A DNA stretch of 64,000 nucleotides from Octopus vulgaris (taxonomy: Eukaryota), in contig OX597819.1 of the NCBI GenBank assembly GCA_951406725.2, positions 120,838,001 through 120,902,000 on the forward strand, read 5' to 3'. Positions within the stretch are counted from its first letter, which is position 1, and each line of letters begins with the position of its first letter. The notes below the pieces were generated by a model. That model did not search any database and was not told where the DNA came from. It saw nothing but the letters and a program-made list of their open reading frames with translations. This document shows positions 45,110 through 64,000 of this stretch, piece by piece. The translations under genes were made by a program, and so were the position numbers.

Positions 45110-45555
45110 AGGCGGCGAGTTGGCAGAATCGTTAGCACGCCGGGCGAAATGCTTAGCGGTATTTTGTCTGCCGCTACGTTCTGAATTCAAATTCCGCCGA
45201 GGTCGACTTTGCCTTTCACCCTTCGGAGTCGACTAAATAAATAGCAGTTACGCATTGGGTTGATATAATCAACTTAATCCGTTTGTCTGTTCTTCTTTTC
45301 CCCTCTGTGTGTAGCCCCTTGTGGGCAGTAAAGAAATAAGAATCGTTAGCATGCTTGGCGAAATGCTTAGCGGTATTTCAGCCGTCGCTACGTTCTGAGT
45401 TCAAATTCCGCCGCGGTCGATTTTGCCTTTCATCCTTTCGGGGGGGGGGGTCGATAAATTAAGTACCAGTTGCGTACTGGGGTCGATCTTATCGACTAAC
45501 CCCCTCACCCGCTCAAAACTTTTTCGGGCCTTGTACCCAGAGAAGAAAAAAAAAA
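45110..45555 (+). mobile_element. Dimeric SINE S1 (tail 1 + tail 2) with a 15-bp TSD
   Basis: aaatgttccacgtta at 45095-45109 and 45556-45570, with an A-rich tail. Confidence 0.85.
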
Positions 45556-46189
45556 AAATGTTCCACGTTATATTTAATCGCGTTTTGAATTAATATCAGT
45601 TTATAACACACATACGCATACATACCTAGATATACACATACAGTAATAGATACATGACTTTTTTCTATATACTACCCACACACACACATTGTTACTTTGT
45701 CTCTGTTCAAGTGTAAGATGAAATATCATTACATGCAGCATATGTAATCCAAGTGAAGCGAAGACAGTAGGAACGGATACTAAATTATATCTACCATTTG
45801 ATTCAGCTCTAGTTTATGTTATTTTCTCTCTACGGCGTTCACTAATGATACTCATATATCACATAACACTATATTATATATGTCACTGGTCTATCTCAGA
45901 AACATATCTGTGTGTATCATTCTTCACCAAATGTATATTTATCCAGTTGACATCTTCACACTCTGGACAATCTAATCGATATTAGCTGACTGTTTACTAC
46001 ATATCGTATGAATTATAATGATTCGTAAAATATATACTGCTCTGCTTACGAAGTACGTTGTGTTATTTTGTTTGTTTGTTTTTTCCAGTATGTTTTATGT
46101 CGAGAGTACGACACCCCCCTGACGAGAATAGACGGGACCACTACATATAAATGGTAGAGATCTGACGTAGTCGGCAGTCAACAGCCGCT

Positions 46190-46990
46190 AAAGGGTGGGT
46201 TAGGGATGCAATAGCTAAAGATGTTCAGGCGCTGAGGTTGAGGCATCTCTGGCTCTAGCTGGACGGTGAGCGGGTGTGGTCTCCGTTTGTTGATGAGATA
46301 TTTCCCAGGTTCACCTCTTTTGGTGAACTGGAATGCTGGATCAGGCGTAGACAAAGGCTGGGAGCTTGGCAAGGAGAGTGTCGACAGGCGCTGGTGCTTC
46401 TGTCCCGAACGAGGAATGCCGGCGGAGGGGGTACCACTTCGGCGTAACTGTAGACAGCTGGTAGAGGGCAAGTGTGATGACGGTTTGAAGGAGACTCTGG
46501 GTTTCGATGAATGTCAGCGCGGGACGTATAGACAACTTCTTGGCTGTAGTTCCGAAGTGCCTTGCAAGTTTGGGATAAACTAGCGAGAAATGGCGTCACG
46601 GTTTCGCCTACGTGCCCACATTTTGGACAGAGCAACGAAACTGTTCTGCACACAATCTTCCAGTGTCCATGTCTCTCAGACCTGTTAGTTTCTCCCGAAC
46701 CGGTACTGTCACAGCTTGGGAGAGTACAGCTCTCAGCCGAATTGATTATTAAGATCGTTCCGTCGTCTCCTCTAAAAGAAGAGAAATTCTGCTTTCTAGC
46801 CGTAATAGCTATAGTGAAAGAGGTGATATGGAAGACGCGTGGAAGAGGTATCGCATCAGGCACCTTCATCTCCAGGCATGCTTTGGTTAACCTCTTTTTA
46901 TATCATCTGAGAAGAAATGTCTGACGTCAAAATGCCCGGAGAAGAAATGTCTGACGTCAAAAACGTACGAAAAAAGATGGAAGAAAGTAA
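46190..46990 (+). pseudogene. L1/Tx1-like LINE ORF2 C-terminal fragment (zf-RVT-like)
   Basis: VWDKLARNGVTVSPTCPHFGQSNETVLHTIFQC (decayed CCHC) and VIWKTR, typical of L1/Tx1 ORF2 ends. Confidence 0.6.
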
Positions 46991-47134
46991 CCCAATTAAA
47001 CGGGTTTTAAAAAATGAATGAAGTAAACGGTTGAACGCAGAAATGATGTTGGTGGGGCCGAACCCATTCCGCATCCATTTATTTATTATTTTTCATTTTC
47101 ATCCGAAATTATAATGTTTTATTTATTTATGCAC

Positions 47135-47396
47135 CCTTTTCAAGCCTAGCCAGGCTCATGGGCCCGGTTTACCGGTTTCTATGGCGTATGTGTCCCCCCC
47201 TCCGGCTGGACGGGACGCCAGTCCATCGCAAGAAACAGGAAGAAAGAGTGAGAGAGAGTTGTGGTGGAAGAGTACAACAGGGGTCGCCACCACACCCTGC
47301 CGGAGCCTCGTGAAACTTTAGGTGTTTTCACTCAATAAACACTGCGATCCTCCGACTGCGAGTCCGCTGCCCTAACCACTGGGCTATTGCGCCTCC
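47135..47396 (-). mobile_element. SINE S4
   Basis: gcgagtccgctgccctaaccactgggctattgcgcc is the reverse complement of the tRNA-like head. Tail as in 21672. Confidence 0.8.
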
Positions 47397-48071
47397 TGAA
47401 ATTATAATGTATTTCTTCATTTATGTAATATCATTTGATAAGTCCTCGACGCCGTTTGTCCAGTGTATTGTCCCATTTTTGTTTAACTTTTGCGGTTAGA
47501 ATTAAACCATCCCAGTTTGGCCTTCGAAGTCAGTTTACAGTTTGAGTTCGTGTGTTGGAAATATTGATTGTTGGTTCGTAAGAGAATGTTTGTTCGCTGC
47601 GTGTTTATTACTGCCGCTGTTTCTATTTTGTATTGTTATAAGACTGTTACAGTGTGTTATTTATCTTTCGTCGATTATATCAACCGTTCTACGATATTGG
47701 AGTCGTAAGGATACAACAGTATGTTAAACTTATTCTTAACAAGCAACTTCGTTATTGCTGCTGTTGTTGTTCTTGTTGTTCTTCTTCTCCTTCTCCTTCT
47801 TCTTCCAATCAGGACACAGAATAATCTCTAATTCGAGCCTACTCTAAGCTACTAAGAATGCGAGTGGCAACTTGAAGATCCACCCACCACACGCGATAGA
47901 CTGGCGGTTGCACGGGCACGAAAGCGACGTTGTTATCCTCATTCCGTAAACGGTGGCTTTTAACGGGTGGAGAGCTGAACCATCCTGGGGGTACAGAGGA
48001 TTCGCAATCTAGACTAGGGTCTGAAAGTTTACCACACCATAGTGGGTTACACCATGGTTCCTCTTCTTTGT

Positions 48072-48270
48072 AGCAGAAGTAGGAAGAAAGAGTGAGAGAA
48101 AGTTGTGGTGAAAGAGTACAGCGGGTTTCACCACCCACCTCCCCGCCGAAGCCTCATGGAGTTTAGGTGTTTTTGCTCAATAAACACTCACAATGCTCGG
48201 TCTGGGAATCGAAACCGCGTTCGTACGACCGCGAGTCCGCTGCCCTAATCACTGGGACATTGCGCCTCCA
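48072..48270 (-). mobile_element. SINE S4, 5' part
   Basis: gggaatcgaaaccgcg...gcgagtccgctgccctaatcactgggacattgcgcc. Confidence 0.8.
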
Positions 48271-48994
48271 CATTTCGCTGTTGTTGTTCTCATGAACTGT
48301 TGACCTTTCTATTCACCTGACGTAAGTGGTAACTGCGTCTGATAAGGAACACATTTACTTCATATACTGAGCGATAATCACGAAGAAGATGTGGCGAAAT
48401 GGCTCAAATACTGTTCGAAATGACGACATTATCCTGGATTACTTTAAGTACCCTATAAAGGGATGGTACTTTAAGTACCCTATAAACGATTTGCGATAAA
48501 AAGCAGCTAAATCTACTCCAAGGCATTCTACCATCTCAGATGCAAAGGGCTACATGGAGAAGGGAGCACTTGATGCAATATAATGAGGAACATCGACATG
48601 GTTATGCTTGAACTGCAAGAAAAATTAGTGAGATTTTCTTTCAACCATAACTGACTTTGATAAGTTTGAATACTGCAGCTTGCATACTAAACCCTGATGA
48701 ACTGTCTGGAAATTCCAAGGGATGGCTACGGCTGGAATATGGTTTTACAAATAAAGAGAAACGAATATATACCACTTATATTATTATCGTTCTCTCGAAC
48801 GATACTAAAATAGCTGTGGTAAGTAGTTGCTCGAATAGTACTACTTGTTACAAGGAACTAAATTAACCTGGCTTGATATTACGAACATGTGCTTTCAAAT
48901 GGATGAATGGGGGTCCCACGATGGTAGCAAATCGTCGTCAGAGACAGCAGCAAAAATGAAAACAAATCTTTTATCGTTTTTGTTTTTATCATTT

Positions 48995-49487
<493 letters not shown>

Positions 49488-51421
49488 CTTCATCGCCCAC
49501 TATCAGCGGAGAAAACGCTAAGGAAGGGCAAAGAATTAACGCTCAGCTCATTTACGACAAAAACAGCTAGAAAGTAAGAAACGACTAACATTTCAATTAC
49601 AGCAACAAGAACAACATTGTAATACGTAACCAAACTGATGGGAGCGCCCTCCCACACATACACACAAATGGAAAACAAATGTCTTTTAACAAGTTCAGCA
49701 CCAGGCATATACAACCGGAAGTAACATCAGCCGTGTGAACAATTGGGAAACTACAACGATAACAACAGTAATAGCAACAAAACGAATAAAACTAGCTCAC
49801 CTCCCTTTAAAAATACACTCAGATGTCTTTAGCGTGGTAAATAGAGAGAACATTTTTGAGGAATTGCATATATCAAGACGCAATCATAGAACAGAAAGAG
49901 AAGTGTTTATTTTGAAGAATTTGTTTTCTGAATTCCTAAAGACACACAACTACTGAAGACGTTTTACATACACTAATATACAGCATCCTTGTGAACTAAT
50001 GTCATTTAAGAAGAAGAAATAAGGATACCTCACGAGCCAAATGAGCTCATAGCATTGGTTTGCCGGTTTCCGTGGCCCATGTATCCCCCAGCACACTGGA
50101 CGGGACACCGTCCCGTAATGTCATTTGGTGAAGGTTTCCATGTAACATATTACCCGAAGAGAATATTATTCTCTATGATATGTAACTCAACCTGTTTCTT
50201 CATCTTTCACAAGGTTTCTAAATGTACGTAACCATAAATCGACCTGGAAAGGGGATTGCTTGATTAATAATCCTTAGATATAAATGTGGGAGACATCATC
50301 GACAAGGAATTTTAAGACCAAACGATTCTGCACTAATTTTTGACTACCACGAGGTGTATGCATCTTTTAATTGTTGTAAACTGAGTAGCGGGATGGCAAG
50401 TTGGTTTTGAAAGTCTCTGAATCACTGGTTTCGAGCGTGCTACCTGGACCGAGATGCTAAATTATTGATTTCGACAAGAAAAGAATTGTAATTGGTAATT
50501 TCAGACAAGTAGGTGTTTGTTCCATGGGGAGAAGAGTTCAGATTTCTCTTCGGGCGTCTGGTAGTCTTTAGTGCCGTTTGGAGGCTGATATAACATTTTG
50601 CACTCATGCTGAGACTTTTCCGACTGTATGAGTTACCAATTTTTCGAAGGCACCACTGTAGACATGGCACAGAGTCCTCAGGTAGTCTCGATTCTATGTA
50701 GATGGTATGCAGGGTATTTTCAGGTGTGGAGAGTGGTAGAGTATAGGGTGTGCATGATTTCAATCAGTTCCTACACAGACATACAAATTTGTAATCATAA
50801 TGCTCCGTGTATGTATAATTTAAAGAAAGGTCGCCGGTTGTTGGAATCCGAGTCACCCTTTGCACCCGAAAGCGACCTGATGTGTTAATTAAGCGCCGTG
50901 GAGTAGAAAGGGAAAATTGTCGTCAAAACGTGGTGATATAATCCTAAAAGAGGATTAACGTAGCATAGAAGTAATGACACACAGGGTAGATTAGTGGGAA
51001 AGTGTGCGAGCAAATTAGAAGTAGCGATTAAGAAAGTCATCCAAACGAACAAGAACGGCGTGAATTACTATGAAATATTAACGTCTGAGAGAAACCTGGA
51101 GGTTATGTTGTCAAGACTAAGGCGAAAGCTTAAAATACAGCGGAACAAGCATCGTTCGACAGATCCGACTAACGGTAAAATGATGTGGTAACGATGACAA
51201 TTTTTTATCTATGAGGAACCGAGATGGACATATTCTATTCGGTTCCAAACAAATAAGTGTAGATATTCATTCTCAGCTTGCTCAGTTGTTCCTCGAGGAC
51301 AGCGGGTGATTATGGGAAGGCAATTTAAAGCTTCTTTTGAAAGCCTGCTTTGGCTCATGACAAAAGTTGAAGATTTTTGAGAAAATCCGATAACATCAGC
51401 CGAAATATGAATAATGGTATA

Positions 51422-51644
51422 CAGGCAGAAACGTTACCACGTCGGGCGAAATGCGTAGCCGTATTTCGTCTGCAGTTACGTTCTGAGTTCAAATTCTGCC
51501 GAGGTCGACTTTGCCTTTCATCCTTTCGGTGTCGATAAATTAAGTACCAGTTACGCACTGGGGTCGATGTAATCGACTTAATCCCTTTGTCTGTCCTTGT
51601 TTGTCCCCTTTTTTTTTAGCCCCTTGTGGGTAATAAAGAAATAG
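51422..51644 (+). mobile_element. SINE S1 (tail type 1)
   Basis: ggcagaaacgttaccacgtcgggcgaaatgcgtagccg...agccccttgtgggtaataaagaaatagg. Confidence 0.9.
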
Positions 51645-51769
51645 GTAAGTGGTTTTATAAGTTGCAAACATTCCAGCTTCGATGGTTTGCCAAATGAACT
51701 TTGCGCGTATATACACGACATATTTGTCAGTGTCTTGGTAGACATCCATAGGAATGGGGAACACACACA

Positions 51770-51940
51770 CACACACATACGACGGGCTTCTTCCAGTTTC
51801 CGTCTACCAAATCCACTAACACGGCTTTGGTTGGCCCGAGGCTATAGTAGAAGACACTTGCTCAAGGTGCCACGCAGTGGGACTGAACACGGAACCATGT
51901 GAACCATGGGAAACTAGCGTCTTACCACACAACCACGCCA
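51770..51940 (-). mobile_element. SINE S2, 5' half
   Basis: acgacgggcttcttccagtttccgtctaccaaatccac...ggtgccacgcagtgggactgaac. Confidence 0.85.
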
Positions 51941-51976
51941 TATATACTCTTCTAGAGTCTAGCACATATTGATGTC

Positions 51977-52319
51977 AGAGTTCTATATTTAAGAGATGAG
52001 GAATTATGTACATTATTTACATTATTTACATTTGACGGATATTTGTCCTCATCTTGTTTGTTGTTAACACAACGTTTCAGCTGATATACCCTCCAACCGT
52101 CATCAGGTTCCAAATTTCCCCAGGACACCCGATGAGGACTGGAGGGTATATCAGCCGGTAGGAGTGGCTGTGTGGTAAGTAGCTTGCTTACGAACCACAT
52201 GGTTCCTGGTTCAGTCCCACTGCGTGGTACCTTGGGCAAGTGTCCTCTACTATAGCCTCAGGTCGACCAAAGCCTTGTGAGTGGATTTGGTAGACGGAAA
52301 CTGAAAGAAGCCCGTCGTA

Positions 52320-52360
<41 letters not shown>

Positions 52361-52633
52361 GTATGTATGTGTGTATGTTTGTGTGACTGTGTTTGTCCCC
52401 ACAACATCGCTTGACAACCGATGCTGGTGTGTTTACGTCCCCGTAACTTAGCGGTTCGGCAAAAGAAACCAATAGAATAAGTACTAGGCTTACAAAGAAG
52501 AAGTCCTGGGGTCGATTTGCATGACTAAAAGCGGTGCTCCAGCATGGCCACAGTCAAATGACTGAAACAATTTAAAGAGTAACAAACAAGATGAGGACAA
52601 ATATCCGTCAAATGTAAAGAATGTAAATAATGT
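51977..52633. mobile_element. Inverted (fold-back) hammerhead-bearing PLE-like terminus with a 13-bp TSD
   Basis: TSD acatattgatgtc at 51964-51976 and 52634-52646. Minus-strand motif CTGATGA..GAAAC GTT gtgtt (52066-52107). The plus-strand motif gacac CCGATGA (52124-52135) is interrupted by an S2 SINE. Confidence 0.8.
52158..52580 (+). mobile_element. SINE S2, full length (best-preserved copy)
   Basis: tRNA-like head (tggctgtgtgg; ggttcagtccc), ccttgggcaagt, an internal (TA)n and the tail gcggtgctccagcatggccacagtcaaatgactgaaac. Confidence 0.9.
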
Positions 52634-52869
52634 ACATATTGATGTCTTTGCGAACTGCTTCCACACAATCTCAGTCTACCATATTCCCTCACACGGCGAT
52701 AAAAGGAGACAATTGCTCAAGATGCTGCGCTGTGGGACTGAACTCGCAAACACGTGGTTGCAAAGGTTAACCACACAGCTGTGTTTGCGCGTACGTTACG
52801 GACAATTATTGTTTTTTTTCTCCATACAACCTGATACAAAACAAAAAAAAAATTCTCCAAAACTATGTA

Positions 52870-56120
<3,251 letters not shown>

Positions 56121-56642
56121 ACGCACATAGACATACACACATTCTTTCAGTCTTTCGTTTTTTTACTTGTTTCTTTCATTTGACTGCGACCATGCTGTTG
56201 CACCGCCTTATCAATTCCATTTCGGTTTTAACCTTGTAGTTTGCTTTATAAAGCCCCTACGCAGGTATCGGCTATCAGGTACCACTAAACATCGGCAATG
56301 TATCGATTTACCAATGACATATAAAATCTATAAATAACCGTAGAGTTTATATAAATATTAACAAAAAGAGCGGAGTGAAGTATTCGTTTTATTACGTAAC
56401 GCAACAATTGTTTCATCGACACTTTACCACAAGATTATTGCTGCATTAATATTACATAACGTTTGAAAACGTTTACATCGTCTCAGTATTGTTTTATCAT
56501 TACTGGAGAAAATCGACTCTTCAGGTTTATGTATGAAATTTGATTTTATACAGAAGCCTGATGAGTCGATATTTTCCGGCATTGTTAAATACGATGTATT
56601 TTTCAGCATGGTTAAATACGATATTTTATTTGGTTTATTATA

Positions 56643-56902
56643 CAGCGGGTGGCAGACAGGTTGCCCCAATTTCAAGGCTTAATAAAATAAGAAAAAAAAT
56701 AAGAATAAGATAAGAAATAACTTTGTATATCTAACAAATGCACGATGCTCTCCGCGGCAGGTCATGGTGGTTACTACCTGAAACAGAAAAACAACATGGC
56801 ATTTAATGAACTGCATAGAAATACAAATTTTTTCAAGCTTTTTCATGTTTGTATTTTTTTTATTAACCTTTGAAATCAGGGCGATCTTACTGCCGCAACC
56901 TG
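56643..56902 (-). mobile_element. Small Tc1/mariner-type deletion derivative (MITE)
   Basis: Imperfect TIRs of about 45 bp (cagcgggtggcag...atttcaaggcttaataaa / tttattaacctttgaaat...ctgccgcaacctg) with TA on both sides. The minus strand retains MTCRGEHRAFV, resembling a transposase start. Confidence 0.65.
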
Positions 56903-56994
56903 TATAATGATATTGCAGCAATAACTTCGAAAAAAATTGCAGAATAGAACTAGTTCTCTACATTCTGCTTGTTACTCTTTATATATTTATGTAA

Positions 56995-57195
56995 AGGTAG
57001 CGATCTGGGTGAATTGTTGCGGCGCCGGGCAAAATACTTAACGGTATTTCATGTCGTTACGTTTTGAGTTCGAACTCCACCGAGACCAACTTTCCCTTCC
57101 TCCGTTCGGGGTGGATAAACTGAGCCCTGGGATCGATGTAATCGACTTACTCCATTCACAAAAATTGCTGGCTTTGTGTCAAAATATGAAGTCAA
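56995..57195 (+). mobile_element. SINE S1, decayed
   Basis: cgccgggcaaaatacttaacggtatttc...gagttcgaactccaccgag...gatcgatgtaatcgact. Confidence 0.7.
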
Positions 57196-57216
57196 TAAAA
57201 TATGTATGTTCATATG

Positions 57217-58130
57217 CATGGTCTGATCAATAAGTATCCGGACTGTAGCTATAGTTATGAAGCTAAATCATGCAGAGTAAAGCCGCTAGCCACAAATTGA
57301 CCGTAAACTCTGCTGTGCATGCCCACTAAGCTTTAATGTTCAAGCCCACTTCCGCTGTTTAATGTACTAGATTTCCTCTGTTAACAGCAGTGCTTGGAAG
57401 AAAGGTGTGTAGCGTGTGATCGTCGCATTGACCATGACAGAGAAAGTTAAACGGAGAATCTGCATCAAATTTTGCTAGAAACTTGGCGATGACTGCTCAG
57501 AAGCCTACGCAAAGTTTTCAAAATGCTGTCATCGTTTTCAATACAACTAAACAGAATTTGTGCAACTGAAGCCCGAGTGTCTTTTTGGTCATCTGAAAAC
57601 AGTTTTGGCACAAACTTGGTAGACACGCGTCTCAGACCCAAATCTTCAGTGATAACGGACCGAACTAAACCGTAACTAATCTGCACATACTCTGATAACT
57701 CACGGATGGTGATTCGACGATTTATCGTCACAGCTGCACACACATCTGCGATGTTTTTCTCAGTTCTGCTGGTTGCGGGTCTCCCAGAACGTTCGTCAAT
57801 ATCAACATTTTATCGGCCATCTTGGAAACGTCTGAACCATTCGTACACTTGCGTGCGGCTCATGCACTCCTCTCCATACACTTTCTGAAACTTTGCGTAC
57901 ACCTCTGAGCAGGTATTGACATGCTAACTGTCTCTGACGTGGTCAAGCAACGATCACACGCTACACACACTTTTTCCAAGCACATCTGTAAAAAATGGAA
58001 ATCTAGAACATTAAAACTCAGTGCGCGTGCACAGCAGAGTTCAAGATCAATCCGTGCCAAGCGGCTTCACTCCGCATGCTTTAGCTTCGTTACAATGGCA
58101 ACAGTCCGGATACTTATTGATCAAATCTGG
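57217..58130 (-). mobile_element. Second copy of the double-left-end mariner derivative
   Basis: TIRs ggtctgatcaataagtatccggactg / cagtccggatacttattgatca. ORF 57465-57743 (NRRITIRELSEYVQISYGLVRSVITEDLGLRRVSTKFVPKL) is the mariner HTH/linker. Confidence 0.9.
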
Positions 58131-58689
58131 TATGCATATATATTATTTAATAGTTCCATGCTATGGAAGCACAATAACTGAGCGGATTTATATATCTTCG
58201 TATGTGTCCCATAACAATACTTCTAGTTCGAATCCACATGGCTGATGTGTATTTGATCAATGTATATTTGAGTCCGAAAGATCGTTCGGAGATACAGTGC
58301 ACGATATATAAACCCGCTGATATATTGTGGGTCCACAGCATGAAACAGTAGCTCATTATTACATACGCTGTATATCATTTGCCTCTCACTGCATGGAGTA
58401 ATATCTTGTTCACACCTACCTATACCGAAGCAATCAGGTAACACTATGTATCAATGGCAGTGGCGATGGTAAATAATGGGTTTATGTGTCATTGGTGGCA
58501 TTTGTGCCTCTACAACATAGCACAAGACATTCATTTGTTCACATCTTGGTAATATTCTCGAGTTAGCAAAAATGGCTGCCAGGAAACGTACAAAACATGA
58601 CACCACTACAGTGTTAATTCCATTCGAATAAGATTAGGCGTATATATTTTTGCACAAATATATACATGTAAGCATTTATACAAACGTGC

Positions 58690-64000
<5,311 letters not shown>

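Noticed and set aside
50150-51350. Faint LINE RT-like phrases in short ORFs
   Set aside because: Similarity is too weak to call by eye, and no catalytic motif was recovered.

Overview
This is AT-rich, microsatellite-saturated eukaryotic (animal) DNA. The SINE repertoire looks like an octopus/coleoid cephalopod genome, but that is recalled from memory and not verified. I can support no intact host protein-coding gene, rRNA, true tRNA or CRISPR array, and nearly all listed ORFs are translations of (TA)n, (CA)n, (GATA)n, (AAT)n or (ATC)n tracts. The window is a mosaic of repeats. (1) Four tRNA-derived SINE families, here called S1 (head aaggcggcgagctggcag), S2 (head gcaggagtggctgtgtggtaag, with an internal microsatellite), S3 (head ggcgcgtggcttagtgg) and S4 (head ...tagtggttagagcagcggactcgcgg). 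(2) Decayed LINEs: R4/Dong-like copies beside (TAA)n, a CR1-like 3' end and an L1/Tx1-like C-terminus. (3) Two Penelope-like element (PLE) remnants with RT and GIY-YIG domains. (4) Tc1/mariner relics and MITEs. The most notable signal is a set of short non-coding elements carrying minimal type-I hammerhead ribozyme motifs with covarying helices. Many of them sit in (TA)n and form fold-back structures. One has a tRNA-like Pol III head upstream of the hammerhead tail, making it a candidate Penelope-mobilised ribozyme SINE. Coordinates were read by eye and boundaries of decayed elements are approximate.
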